A stretch of 36,386 nt of DNA, taken from positions 1 to 36,386 of IMG/VR virus record IMGVR_UViG_3300020042_006311; one strand, 5' to 3'. Shown in pieces: positions 14,405 to 24,700 of this stretch; within the stretch, counting starts at the first letter, position 1, and every line of letters begins with the position of its first letter. The DNA is from a virus. Taxonomy: Duplodnaviria; Caudoviricetes. The notes under the pieces were generated by a model. The model worked only from the letters and a program-made list of their open reading frames with translations, was not told where the DNA came from and searched no databases. A program made the translations under genes and the position numbers.

Positions 14405-17400
14405 TTACTGATTAGCCTGCTGAATCATCTTAATCTGGCGAAAGACTTCAGGGGTAACAATGCCCTTGCGTGCCATAGCCTGAATGTAAGCGTCTGGATT
14501 CTGCAATCCAATCGACTGCTTATAAATATATCCAGCTCGGGTTCCGTCAGAAATGCCAAGGTTCATAATAAGCGAGTCTCTTGAAGTCACACCGCGCTGC
14601 TTGGCAAGCTGCTCTGAACGGGAAATGGACATCAGCGATTTTCCAAGGCTGGGATCTACTCGGGCAATCCTTTTAATCTCTTGCATTTGTTCTGCGCGTG
14701 GAAGAACAGAAACCTTTTCCTCCCAAACGCCAGTAGGGGTTACACGCTTCACCAAGGGGATGTCCGAAACCTTGCCGTCAAGCGTGTCCAAGATTGCGGA
14801 ATTGCTAAGCCTAGCACCATCGCCCCCCAAGATTTTAATTATTTCATCCTCTAAAAAATTAAGGGTACGCAAGCTGTTTACCTTTTTAATGACCTCCTGC
14901 ATGTTTGCCTTGTAGGTGGCATTGGACTCCTGATAAATGGCGGCAACTTCCTCTGGCGATTTCTTCCCATAGTCACGCGCTGAAGAATACCGGGACGCCA
15001 CCAACTGTGAGTTTTCCACAAACTCCTTAATCCTAAACATGGCACTCTCATCAACCTTGAAGGAATTGAGCCGAACGCCAATTTGCCTGCGAGCAACATC
15101 GCCCGTTGTGAGTTCACCCTGGCCCCGCTGCGCTTGTTGCAACTTCGTAATCTCACGCGCAAATCCGGGTTCAAAGGCGTCCGAAACAAAGAACTTGGTA
15201 AGCTCAACCGCTTTTTTGTAACCATCAACTTCTGCCGTAATCTTCTTTCGGTTCTTGGGGTCAGTGTTAAACAACGCTGACGCCATAGATCGGAACAAGA
15301 AACTACCCTCGCCAACAAACTCGTTAGTAACCAAGTCCACCACACCCTGAACTGGTTCGCCCTTTAATCCCGCATCCAAAGCGGACAAGCCAACCGCATT
15401 GGGAACAATATACGATGGGTTGGCATATTTGCCAGTACGGGTTTGCGGATCATAGGTAATGGCAAGCAAGCGATTGCCGTCGTATGATGGAATGGCTACA
15501 TCTTTTAGAGCGGCCTCCGTTTTGCTATCAACATCATTGTTGGAGTTGAACGCCTTTATCGAGGCATAGGTTAGTCCATAAACTCCCAGCAATGCCGACA
15601 AACGCCGTCCCCCTTCTTCCCTCATGGCAGCTACGTTAGCAGCACCAAGTCCATTGGCTCCACTGCCAAACGTGCCATCCATCATTGACCTAATTACCCG
15701 CCCCTGATTGTATTGATTGCGGGCAAACTCCATTGTGAAGGAAGCAAACTGTGGGAGAACGCCAACGCGGGACAGTTCTTTACCCGTGCGCGAAAGACGC
15801 GCATAGTTTTGGTAAACGTCATTGGTTACATCAGCCGCATACTTCTTAATAGTTTCCTCGTTGGCCGTTGGGAATATGTCTCGAAACAAACGCTGGTGAT
15901 GTTTCCATGCCACGAATCTACCCATCGTGTCGGGAACCGTGTACGCCTTGGAAATAGGGTCAATAATCTTTTGTGTTGTGTCCGAAAAAAACCCACGCTC
16001 TAGAGATGAACGAATGTCGCTATCCAAGATGTTTGTTCCCTTAATCCCATAACGAGTCATTTCGTTAATCTCTTTCAAAAGGGAAATGCGAGCCTCTGGC
16101 TTTTGGGTCAAACGCTCAATTGGACCATATTCCGATAAAGCTAAACGGAATCCACGGCCAGCTCCCGAAAATGGATTGATTCCCATGCTCGCCAAATTAA
16201 CCATATTGCCATATAGCTGCACCGCATAGGACGGTGGATTAAGCAATACCTTAACCGCTTTCGACACACCAACACCCGTGTTCCACAGGTCGGACAAACC
16301 CGAACTTACCGGAACCCTGGCGGCATCCTTACCACCGCTTAGATAAATTTGGTCTAACGCACCCTGAACGTATTGTGGCACATAAAGCCCCGAACCACCC
16401 TTGTCGAATCGGCGCAAAGAAAGCTCTGTCAAACCGGGTGCTGATACATTGCTGGCCATTCCCCTATCAACCAAAAGCTGTTTAATCGCAGCATCAGCTT
16501 CATCCCGATAAACTCCACGGGCAACGCGAGTCAAACTGCCCCTAATGCGTTCTCCGGGCTGTTTAATCTCACCCAAGTAATCCAACACGGCTGGCCCCAA
16601 GTCCTTTTTCTTTCTCAAAAATCCATCAATAGCCGTAGGAAGAAAGTTTCGGTTTTCAACGGCGGATAGCTTCTTGCTGTTTAAAGACGCCAGCACTTCT
16701 TCTGCATCTTGACCAAGCTCTGCCTTCACGGCATCGAGTTGCTTTTGAGTTGGGAAATAGTCCTTATCGGTAAACCACTTAAATTCGCGGGTAAGATAGT
16801 TGCCCTCATCCATAGAGCGGCCAATTAGTTCTCGCATCTCTGGAGTGGATGGGGTTCTGCCGGTATCAATATTTGCAACAAGTTTAGCCTGCAAATCCAA
16901 CATCTTTTCACGGAACAAATCTAGCTCGGGCTGAATCTCTTTGTATGCAGCGGGCAGTTCTTCCGTTGAGCGATCCAGATAAGCGTTAATCTTTATGTCT
17001 GCATCAACGGGATCTACTTGTTTCTTGGAAAAATCTTCTACGCGACGGGATATACGAGAACCCAACTCCTCGTCTGCTTGAGCAGCTTGTTTTGATAGAA
17101 TTGCTTCCGACTGGATTTCTTTGCCCAACACTCGACTTGGAGCAACCGCCGCCTTGACGATCTGCAAACGATTGCGGAACTTCCCCAAGAGCGTGCTTGG
17201 GTTGGCTGTAGCTACTGCCGCCAATGGGGCTTCTTCCATTGCTACCACCACATCTTCCGCTGCCTTTTCTACAGAGCGTATAGCTGAGTTAGATTCAGGA
17301 TTGTTACTGGTTGGCAAAAACTCTTGTGGAGTCAATTCACCACTATTTATGGCATCGTCTATCTGTTGAGGTGTCTTGCGTCCAATCTTGTCCCAAACTC

Positions 17401-17989
17401 GTTTACCACCAAGCATTGCCCCTCCAAGAACACCGCCAAATCCTGCGCCTAAACCAGCGTATGTACCAACTTCATTAATGGTAGGCAATCTTTGCTCGTC
17501 CACCGCAGCAACCGCCGTAGCTTCTCCAGCACCCATAAGGGCACCGCGACCAGCAGCCTTGGCAATCGTGGTTACTGCCTTGGCCCCACCCTTAGCTGCG
17601 CTTGATCCGGGTATGAGATTAACAAGACCAGCAAACAATGCGCGGCCAACGCTAATGTCATCGCGGCCCTCAAGCTCTTGGGCTGCAATTGAGCCAGCAA
17701 CACCACCGCTAAAGGCCAATACGGGATAGGAAATGCCAAGCGTGAAAGGGGCAAGTGCCGCGCCAGCCGCCTGACTGCCCACTCCAATGCCAACCTCGGC
17801 AGCTAAACCAGCACCAAGTTGACCAAGCGATGGACCTTCTTGTGGCTTTGGCTGTTCAGCGGCAACCGGTTGCTGATTTGCATATTGCGCAAAAAGTCCC
17901 TCAAGCTCTTGATCGGTCGGAGGCGGACCATCGCCGGTCAATTTAAGCTCAACCCCGGTCTGGCTATCTTTTACTAGATAGGTAGGCAT
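14405..17989 (-). CDS. Large putative internal virion/DNA ejection protein (1194 aa)
   Basis: Size, position at the end of the structural arm, and a Gly/Ala-rich hydrophobic N-terminal region. Confidence 0.7.
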   Translation of the reverse strand: MPTYLVKDSQTGVELKLTGDGPPPTDQELEGLFAQYANQQPVAAEQPKPQEGPSLGQLGAGLAAEVGIGVGSQAAGAALAPFTLGISYPVLAFSGGVAGSIAAQELEGRDDISVGRALFAGLVNLIPGSSAAKGGAKAVTTIAKAAGRGALMGAGEATAVAAVDEQRLPTINEVGTYAGLGAGFGGVLGGAMLGGKRVWDKIGRKTPQQIDDAINSGELTPQEFLPTSNNPESNSAIRSVEKAAEDVVVAMEEAPLAAVATANPSTLLGKFRNRLQIVKAAVAPSRVLGKEIQSEAILSKQAAQADEELGSRISRRVEDFSKKQVDPVDADIKINAYLDRSTEELPAAYKEIQPELDLFREKMLDLQAKLVANIDTGRTPSTPEMRELIGRSMDEGNYLTREFKWFTDKDYFPTQKQLDAVKAELGQDAEEVLASLNSKKLSAVENRNFLPTAIDGFLRKKKDLGPAVLDYLGEIKQPGERIRGSLTRVARGVYRDEADAAIKQLLVDRGMASNVSAPGLTELSLRRFDKGGSGLYVPQYVQGALDQIYLSGGKDAARVPVSSGLSDLWNTGVGVSKAVKVLLNPPSYAVQLYGNMVNLASMGINPFSGAGRGFRLALSEYGPIERLTQKPEARISLLKEINEMTRYGIKGTNILDSDIRSSLERGFFSDTTQKIIDPISKAYTVPDTMGRFVAWKHHQRLFRDIFPTANEETIKKYAADVTNDVYQNYARLSRTGKELSRVGVLPQFASFTMEFARNQYNQGRVIRSMMDGTFGSGANGLGAANVAAMREEGGRRLSALLGVYGLTYASIKAFNSNNDVDSKTEAALKDVAIPSYDGNRLLAITYDPQTRTGKYANPSYIVPNAVGLSALDAGLKGEPVQGVVDLVTNEFVGEGSFLFRSMASALFNTDPKNRKKITAEVDGYKKAVELTKFFVSDAFEPGFAREITKLQQAQRGQGELTTGDVARRQIGVRLNSFKVDESAMFRIKEFVENSQLVASRYSSARDYGKKSPEEVAAIYQESNATYKANMQEVIKKVNSLRTLNFLEDEIIKILGGDGARLSNSAILDTLDGKVSDIPLVKRVTPTGVWEEKVSVLPRAEQMQEIKRIARVDPSLGKSLMSISRSEQLAKQRGVTSRDSLIMNLGISDGTRAGYIYKQSIGLQNPDAYIQAMARKGIVTPEVFRQIKMIQQANQ

Positions 17990-18009
17990 GGCTTATTCTA
18001 CACCAAGCC

Positions 18010-18981
18010 TTATGGCTGAGTTACCGTAAATCGGCCACCGGCTGATGGGCTTGGAGCACCTGAATTACTCGAAGCGGCACTACCCTTAAAGAAACCCGCC
18101 AAGTCATCAATGCTTGGAGTTTGACCAAAATTGTTCTGAACTTTAAGGCCAATAAAAATGTCAAGAGCCTCGCCAATTTTACCAGCTTCGTAAAGTTTTC
18201 GCGCTTCAGAAACCTTTTTAATTCTATCTTCATTTGCTAAAACCTCGGCAGGAATCCTCAACCCAGCGGTTTCTGGAATCACTTGGGCACCGCCACTACT
18301 GGTTGTAACAACTTGTACCTTCTTCCCACTTTCAGGGTCCGTAAGTGTTTTTATTTCTGGATTAAATGTTTTCGGAGAAAGTTTCTCAAATCCTTGAAGT
18401 GATTGCGTTACAAAATCAGGAGCAGCACCAAGCTCAACCGCATCTGTGGCGGCAAAACCGTAGTCAACTACGCCAGTACCGGGTTCCGTATTCAAAGCAA
18501 TTGCCTGTTTCAGGAACTCGTTGTTTTTAATATCTTTTTGACGTTTGGCCTCATTTAAACCCAGTGTGATTATAGTTGGGGCTTGGGAAAGAAAGGCATC
18601 GGCGGAAGCAGCCTGTTCGGCAAGCGAAATATTAGGATTGTTGGCAACTTCTTTAGAGTATTCTTCAAAAACAGCCTTAAATTCAGCAGGCAAATCAAGA
18701 GCAAGTACGCCTTTTGCAAAGGCATTGCCTTGTTTAATAGTCCCCTTGGCTTTATCCTGTTGTTCTTTAAGCAAACGATCTCGCTCTACCATCTTATCCT
18801 TTCTTTCACGCTCTCGGACAATACCCGCGCCAACGCTCTGTCCCGCAGAAGCAAGCCCCTGGGCAATGGCAGCACCGCCCTGCGCCTGCATCTGGGCACC
18901 CGTAAGCGCACCCTGCAAGTAGCCGGAGTAATTGGTTGCCCCTAGCTGGGGGTTAACTGTGTTGCCAAAGCCGTATGCCAT
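18010..18981 (-). CDS. Putative internal virion/ejection protein
   Basis: Synteny; Gly/Ala/Gln-rich N-terminus followed by coiled-coil-like sequence. Confidence 0.6.
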   Translation of the reverse strand: MAYGFGNTVNPQLGATNYSGYLQGALTGAQMQAQGGAAIAQGLASAGQSVGAGIVRERERKDKMVERDRLLKEQQDKAKGTIKQGNAFAKGVLALDLPAEFKAVFEEYSKEVANNPNISLAEQAASADAFLSQAPTIITLGLNEAKRQKDIKNNEFLKQAIALNTEPGTGVVDYGFAATDAVELGAAPDFVTQSLQGFEKLSPKTFNPEIKTLTDPESGKKVQVVTTSSGGAQVIPETAGLRIPAEVLANEDRIKKVSEARKLYEAGKIGEALDIFIGLKVQNNFGQTPSIDDLAGFFKGSAASSNSGAPSPSAGGRFTVTQP

Positions 18982-19009
18982 AAGATTAGTTGGGGTTATT
19001 TAAAAAAGG

Positions 19010-20326
19010 CTACGGAAAAAGGCTACGAATTCCACCAGCTCCACCAGCTCCACCAACAGCCGCGCCAAGACCACCAAGCGCTCCACCAATCATAGCACCT
19101 CGGGCCTGCTGCTGCGCTCCGTACATTCCAGCCTGCGCCCCAAAGATGTTGCTCTGGTAGTTGCTCTGGTTGGCCTGATTCTGGAGGGCAAGGTTAATGC
19201 CAGCGTTTGGATCAAAGAGGTTAGGCCCAAGCTGCTGACCGGCCAATCCAGCCGTAAACTGCGTTGCGGCCATACCCATACCGGGAGCGCCCGAAGAACG
19301 CCCCAGAATGGCCGCAAACGGGTCAGAAGCCGTTGCCTGACGTGCCCCAACCAAGTTCATGGCATAGGCTCGATTAGCCTGCTGCTGGGACTGCTGGAGC
19401 TGTCCAAGGCCAAGCAAGCCCTGAAGATCCATACCACGGCCACTGATTGTGGCCTGCTGATTGGCAAGCGCGGCCTGCTGCTGCATAGAAGCATTAGCCT
19501 GATCCCTGCTCAAGCCCTGACCATAGAGAGAGCTGGCCGTGCCAAGACGCTGCTGGCCCATACCAAAGCCCTGATTGAGAAGCTGAGAACCAAGACCCAA
19601 GTTGCGAGATTCAAAATCCATTTCTGCCGCAAGCCTAGCACCGGCCTCGCCATAAATGCTGCTCATGTCGCCCGTTCGCCCACGCGCCTGAGAGGCAATG
19701 CGTGACTGCTGAATGGCGTTGCGAGCCTGTGTTGGGCTTAGGTTGCCCCCACGGGAAATCAAATCAAGGCCAGCCTGCGTGATCTGCTGCTCTCCGGCAG
19801 TAGTCCCAAGCTGACCCAAAGCGGCCTGCTGTAAGCCGCCCCCGAGCTGGGACTGAACAATTTGCGCTGCTTGTGCCTGTGGGATGCCCCGCGCCATAAG
19901 CTGCCGAATGTCAGCATCAACCGACATACCGCCGCCACGAAGGGCTTCCGCCTCAGTCAAAGACCGGGCAAGGTCTGGGTTGGCGGCAAGGAAAGCCCCT
20001 GAGGCCCGTCCGCCCAACGCCTCAACATCTCCAATGTCTGCCGTCCGCTGCGCTGTATTTAATTCAGATTGGTATCTCTGTAAATCTCGTGCAGCATATT
20101 CCTGTTGTCCAAGAATGCCCGTTTGACCACCTCCACCACGAAGCAACGTGTTGATGTCCGCAAGCTCAAGCTGGTTATACTCTGGGCGATAACGCTGCTC
20201 TGACGCAAGCAACTCATTCTGAAGCTCAGGGTTCGCCATGCCACGGATAAACTCAAGCGACGACTGGCCCGGATCAACTTGAGCCGGGGGCGGCGGCGCA
20301 GATGGCATTGTGATTTTAGAACCCAT
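19010..20326 (-). CDS. Putative DNA pilot/ejection protein (Gln/Gly/Ala-rich)
   Basis: Composition, a Gly-rich hydrophobic C-terminus, and position after the nozzle. Confidence 0.65.
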   Translation of the reverse strand: MGSKITMPSAPPPPAQVDPGQSSLEFIRGMANPELQNELLASEQRYRPEYNQLELADINTLLRGGGGQTGILGQQEYAARDLQRYQSELNTAQRTADIGDVEALGGRASGAFLAANPDLARSLTEAEALRGGGMSVDADIRQLMARGIPQAQAAQIVQSQLGGGLQQAALGQLGTTAGEQQITQAGLDLISRGGNLSPTQARNAIQQSRIASQARGRTGDMSSIYGEAGARLAAEMDFESRNLGLGSQLLNQGFGMGQQRLGTASSLYGQGLSRDQANASMQQQAALANQQATISGRGMDLQGLLGLGQLQQSQQQANRAYAMNLVGARQATASDPFAAILGRSSGAPGMGMAATQFTAGLAGQQLGPNLFDPNAGINLALQNQANQSNYQSNIFGAQAGMYGAQQQARGAMIGGALGGLGAAVGGAGGAGGIRSLFP

Positions 20327-20329
20327 AAC

Positions 20330-20662
20330 TTAGAAAGTGTTAATGACTGTCTTTATTTTGCTGAAGTTGTAAAAACGCGGCGTTGGCTTGCCGTTAAACT
20401 CCCGTGCCCAGCCAATTTTGGGGAGCGGGAAGGGGATGTGGGAGTATAGCGTAGCCAAACCGAGCGGCCCGACAACCAACTCAACCCACCAAGCATCAGC
20501 TTCTTCTGGGCTAACCCAGCGTTTGTAATCAGACTGAACACATGGCCGAGCGAGTGCCAACATGGTTGGCCCTGAATAGCAGTACCCATGCTCCAGATAA
20601 AGCCCATGGACTCTTGGAAAATCAGGCCCATACAACTTGATTGCTTCGGCTATGGCCGACAT
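20330..20662 (-). CDS. Small virion-assembly protein (at the position of gp13/GNAT-like genes)
   Basis: Synteny between tail and ejection genes; function not established. Confidence 0.5.
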   Translation of the reverse strand: MSAIAEAIKLYGPDFPRVHGLYLEHGYCYSGPTMLALARPCVQSDYKRWVSPEEADAWWVELVVGPLGLATLYSHIPFPLPKIGWAREFNGKPTPRFYNFSKIKTVINTF

Positions 20663-20665
20663 TCA

Positions 20666-21229
20666 TTAGATGGATGAGACGGCGTAAACGTCGCTAAGGC
20701 TTGTGCCGTAGGAATAGAGGATGAAGACCATCGCCTGACCAGCGGTAAGGGTTGCCGGAAAGGAGCCACCAGCGGTCTGCCAAGCTGGCCACGTCGTGGT
20801 GATGCTGCCACCCGTGCTGTTCTTAAGGGCAAAGATGTTCACCGCGCCAGATGCCTGACCGGCAACCGTAAAGGTTGAATTGCCGGTCAACAAGATACGG
20901 GCATTGCTTGCAACCGAAAGATTGAGCGCAATCGTACCGGAAGTGGTATAGGTCGTCTCTGGCGTAAGCTTAAGCAATGCAGCCGTAATAATGCTTGTGC
21001 CAATGGCTGACGTAACAGTTAGGGAGCCAACCGTGTAAGACGCAGTGGAGTCCAGCTTCTGCGGAGAAACGCCGCTGTCCTTTACAATGATAGACCCGCT
21101 GGAAAGCTGCGTGGTAACGCCATCAACTGCGCCAGATGCAAACGTTGCACTATTAACGGCGGCGTTGAGATTGGTCGATGTAACCTGATCGTTGGCGGCG
21201 TATGTGTTACCTGTTGCGAGAATTGCCAT
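20666..21229 (-). CDS. Short tail fibre/appendage-like structural protein
   Basis: Ser/Thr/Gly-rich, with an N-terminal VTSTNLN attachment-like motif. Confidence 0.6.
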   Translation of the reverse strand: MAILATGNTYAANDQVTSTNLNAAVNSATFASGAVDGVTTQLSSGSIIVKDSGVSPQKLDSTASYTVGSLTVTSAIGTSIITAALLKLTPETTYTTSGTIALNLSVASNARILLTGNSTFTVAGQASGAVNIFALKNSTGGSITTTWPAWQTAGGSFPATLTAGQAMVFILYSYGTSLSDVYAVSSI

Positions 21230-21247
21230 TGTCGTATTCTACCACGT

Positions 21248-23422
21248 TTACTGCTTAGAACTAATCGAAAGATCGGTAAGCTGGGAAGTTAGCTTGATTG
21301 CGCGAATCTTGGGCCTACCCTGGATTGGGGAAATGGTGAACTGGGCACCGTAGCCACGCACGTTGCTGCACCGCCCACGAACAGACGCATCCTCGCCAAC
21401 CGCCAGCTTTTCACCCAGAAGCGTACTAACTGAATCAAGGGTTTCAACCGAGTCCGGGTTCTCCGTTTCAAGGCTAATGGTCGCGTCAGATTCATTGCTC
21501 TCAGAGCTTTCAAGCTGAAGCTCAAAAGAGTTGTAACGCTTGCGGTCCATTGTGCCAGCCGTGTATTGGCGGGTTGTAACGTAGGAAACAATGTCGTATG
21601 GCGTAGCCGTGTAGCCCACCTGATTGATGATAACGTCATTGTCATCATCGCGGTCATCAATTACATGGATGCCACCAAAGGAGTTCACTGCATACAACTT
21701 GTTAATGGAATCGGCACCGGAGCGAATGAGATTACGCACATTCCAGTTTGGAATATCAACGGTATCAACCGATTCCCACCCTTGGGTCAGGAAGTTGTAA
21801 ACAAGAACGGCGTTGTTTTCCGTAGATGTCCCAATTGGAACCGACAGGTAGTAACGATTGTCGTGGTAGATGGCTACGGCGTTCTTGGCGTAGTCCGGGT
21901 TGATCTGCTTGATGATCGGGTTAATTGATTCGGACAACGGAATTGATGCACCGCGCAGGTTATATAAATCTTCAAATGTCATGGCGTAAACGCCGTTGTC
22001 CGAAAGGAAAAGGATTTGGTTGCCTACCTGTACAACCGACTTGCGGGCCAAGCAGCCCACTTCACGGGTAATCTCTTGCACCACGGTTGAGGCTAGGTCT
22101 CCGCTAACACCCCGCACAAGGTGGATGGTGTTGCGATTGAATACCACCAGATTGTCTTCCGAGAACGGCTGGATGGCAACCACATAGTCTGCGCCACCCG
22201 ACGCAATGCGGTAGTTGGCGTAAATCTTGTCGTAGGTGTTTGGATCTAAGATGTCGGACGCAATGATTTCATCCGTAATCCCGGTGCTGGTAATCGTTGG
22301 CGAACCGGAGCTTCCCGCCATCGTATAGAGGTAAGGCATCCACAGACGACGCTGGTGGTAAATGGCAAACGGTGGCGCGGGCATATGGGTAAACCCGGTG
22401 CCTACGGAAAGCCGACGGCTATAAATTACCCTGGCTGCTGCAAGATCAACAACGGACGCAAAGAACGTAAAGCTATTTGCATTTGGAACTGTAGCAACAA
22501 CATATCCAGTACCCGCCTCCACTAATGCAGAGGTCAGGTTATCAATGACATAAATGCGATCACCAACCGCAACCCCGTGCGCCGTCTCGCTTACGGTAAC
22601 AACGCCGTCGGCAATAACCGTATTGCTGCTTGCATCCAAATAGACGGGCTGTGCGTATGCGCCGTTTTCAACTAGAGCAAAGGCAGGGGTTCCGCCAAAA
22701 TCCCCATCCCACTGCAATGCGGTTAATCCATCACGGAAGATAAAAATGAAGTTGAACGCCTGAAGCATCCCAACGTCGGCTGAAATCTTGACCCCCGCTG
22801 GATAGGCAATTGTTGATGTTGTTCCGTCAGACAGCTTGACCGCGTAAGCAGCCTCGTTTGTCGCAATGACAATGTACTCAGTGTTGTTCGTGGCTGGATC
22901 AGAAAATAGGCAGGAACCGTAAACACCATTGATCGCGGTATCCTCAAGACGGGGAGAGCCAACAACCGCTGTTCCGGCAATGCTGCCAGAAAGACCCACA
23001 ACGGTAATTGTAATTTGGGTCGAGGTAACTACCGTAACCGGACGGTTCCCGTTGGGATCGGGCGTAAGGCCGGTAATGCCAGAAATACGCGCAAGGGTGG
23101 ACGTTACAAACGGATGCGCGGTGGCAAAGTTGATGGTAATCACATTCCCGGCTCGGCTAATCGAACTGGCGGTTGTATTGGTGTACAGGTAGAACGGCAG
23201 GCGCAGAGCAGCCGTATTGGTTGTAATTGTCGTGTCAAAGTTGGTGATGCCCTTGCGTGGTTGCCATGCCCCACCAATGTCCATGCGCCCGTTGGACGAA
23301 TAGGCCACGTCCCCGGTCTGCAACTGGTCCGGGCGAAGGCGTGCATTTACGCGGTTAAACGCGACATCCCCCTCGTCAACCATAATGTTGTCAAGGGAAC
23401 CATAGTTGCTGTACCTCGGCAT
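21248..23422 (-). CDS. Tail nozzle/stabilisation protein (P22 gp10/tubular B-like)
   Basis: 724 aa, beta-rich, with VGCLARKSV...ILFLSDNGVY and LSESINP motifs; synteny. Confidence 0.8.
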   Translation of the reverse strand: MPRYSNYGSLDNIMVDEGDVAFNRVNARLRPDQLQTGDVAYSSNGRMDIGGAWQPRKGITNFDTTITTNTAALRLPFYLYTNTTASSISRAGNVITINFATAHPFVTSTLARISGITGLTPDPNGNRPVTVVTSTQITITVVGLSGSIAGTAVVGSPRLEDTAINGVYGSCLFSDPATNNTEYIVIATNEAAYAVKLSDGTTSTIAYPAGVKISADVGMLQAFNFIFIFRDGLTALQWDGDFGGTPAFALVENGAYAQPVYLDASSNTVIADGVVTVSETAHGVAVGDRIYVIDNLTSALVEAGTGYVVATVPNANSFTFFASVVDLAAARVIYSRRLSVGTGFTHMPAPPFAIYHQRRLWMPYLYTMAGSSGSPTITSTGITDEIIASDILDPNTYDKIYANYRIASGGADYVVAIQPFSEDNLVVFNRNTIHLVRGVSGDLASTVVQEITREVGCLARKSVVQVGNQILFLSDNGVYAMTFEDLYNLRGASIPLSESINPIIKQINPDYAKNAVAIYHDNRYYLSVPIGTSTENNAVLVYNFLTQGWESVDTVDIPNWNVRNLIRSGADSINKLYAVNSFGGIHVIDDRDDDNDVIINQVGYTATPYDIVSYVTTRQYTAGTMDRKRYNSFELQLESSESNESDATISLETENPDSVETLDSVSTLLGEKLAVGEDASVRGRCSNVRGYGAQFTISPIQGRPKIRAIKLTSQLTDLSISSKQ

Positions 23423-23462
23423 TTTTTTAGTATAGCCTAAGAATTAACTTCACCACGTAAAC

Positions 23463-23696
23463 CTACCGATACTTGGCTGTTTTTCTAGCAATGGCCTTGG
23501 GCTGCGGAACAAACTGCTTACCGGCCTTCATCCCCTTGCGCTTTGCGCGGTTTGTCGCGCTCTTTTCAGCCGCAGTCATGGACTTCCAAGCAGCATCCGG
23601 GAGGTAGCGTTCGCCGGTCTCAAGGCTTGGCTTACCGGAGTTGGTGCGCCACTTCTGCCTAGACCAGTCCTTCAGGCTGCGTTGTTGGGGTTTCAT
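23463..23696 (-). CDS. Small basic protein, DUF5872-like (C-terminal half)
   Basis: QRSLKDWSRQKWRT...RYLPDAAWKSM...GKQFV. Confidence 0.75.
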   Translation of the reverse strand: MKPQQRSLKDWSRQKWRTNSGKPSLETGERYLPDAAWKSMTAAEKSATNRAKRKGMKAGKQFVPQPKAIARKTAKYR

Positions 23697-23839
23697 TTCT
23701 TGTTCTTTGCCATCTTGTGCTTTAGAACCTTGCTTTTAGCAGTGTGTTTTGCCCCAGTCATCAGAACCCGACCGCTCTTGTGAGTGGGTCCGTAATAACG
23801 TTCCCCGCTTGAAGTGTAGTGCGCTTGTAACTTGCTCAT
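23693..23839 (-). CDS. Small basic protein (48 aa)
   Basis: GPTHK...LMTGAKHT motif; ATGA-coupled on both sides. Confidence 0.65.
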   Translation of the reverse strand: MSKLQAHYTSSGERYYGPTHKSGRVLMTGAKHTAKSKVLKHKMAKNKK

Positions 23840-24012
23840 AATTTGTAACCTCCGCCAGCTTGCTTGTATCTGAGGGCTAGGAGTTGCGCCTTGCGCGCAG
23901 ACCACTGCCCCGGGCGTCCACCCTTGGTTCCAGACTTAATGTTCTGGAACAGACGCTTACGCATGGTGGGCTTTGTGTAAACCCCCGCTGAATTGACTGT
24001 AGAGCGTTTCAC
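23836..24012 (-). CDS. Small basic protein, DUF5872-like (N-terminal half)
   Basis: YTKPTMRKRL...KGGRPGQWSARKAQLLA..YK..GGGY. Confidence 0.75.
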   Translation of the reverse strand: MKRSTVNSAGVYTKPTMRKRLFQNIKSGTKGGRPGQWSARKAQLLALRYKQAGGGYKL

Positions 24013-24134
24013 TTGCACTTCTTGCGTTTGCCGTACTCCATCGTGCGCTCGCGCTTACCCTCGTTCTTTTCGTGGCGCATCTTCTGCTTGCGCGAATTAT
24101 ACTTCTCTTTGCCTTCCATTTTCACGTACATCAT
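24009..24134 (-). CDS. Small basic protein (41 aa, MMYVKMEGKEKYNSRKQKMRHEKNEG...)
   Basis: Read by hand; fills the gap exactly with a GTGA overlap. Confidence 0.6.
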   Translation of the reverse strand: MMYVKMEGKEKYNSRKQKMRHEKNEGKRERTMEYGKRKKCK

Positions 24135-24135
24135 G

Positions 24136-24384
24136 TTAACAATCCCAAGCCTTTCGGCTCCAGTAGTTTGCGCTAAGTTTGTTGTTTGTTCCCTTGATTC
24201 CGCCAGACCTAGCGCAGTAACTTTTCTTGCGGGCAGGGATTGATTTCTTGATGGTCATATTAGCATCACCAAACCGGACGACGCGCTCCTGACCCCCTTG
24301 GCAACCCTTCACCACCATCTTCTTGCCACCCTTAACGTCCCGTCTGGGGCTATTACAGGGCAAATTGCGGGCGTTTAAGGCCAT
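24136..24384 (-). CDS. Small basic conserved viral protein (VRFGD...RKKSYCAR...SANYWS family)
   Basis: Recurring viral motif. Confidence 0.75.
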   Translation of the reverse strand: MALNARNLPCNSPRRDVKGGKKMVVKGCQGGQERVVRFGDANMTIKKSIPARKKSYCARSGGIKGTNNKLSANYWSRKAWDC

Positions 24385-24472
24385 GGTGGCGGTTTGAGTA
24401 GAAAGCCTCTTAAAAGGTCTTTAATGAGCGTTTAAAGGGCAATGGGCGGGTTTAGGGATCAATTTTGGTGTA

Positions 24473-24700
24473 TTACAAATTGGCGTCTTCTTCTGGTTGC
24501 TTGCCTTCCTTCTGCCGAATCCTGTCTAAGTTCTTGGCCTGCTTGATGATCCACCAAAAAGACACCGAGCTAACGGCAAGCGATGCCAAAAGAACGAACA
24601 CATTCAAAACATCTGCAGCAAGCTGAAGGCTTGCAAGCGTTGAGGCCCAGCTAAAAATATTAGCAGCTAAAATCTTCATTGGCTGTAAGTTGTCGTTCAT
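24473..24700 (-). CDS. Small membrane protein, holin-like
   Basis: Hydrophobic helices with a charged C-terminal tail. Confidence 0.55.
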   Translation of the reverse strand: MNDNLQPMKILAANIFSWASTLASLQLAADVLNVFVLLASLAVSSVSFWWIIKQAKNLDRIRQKEGKQPEEDANL

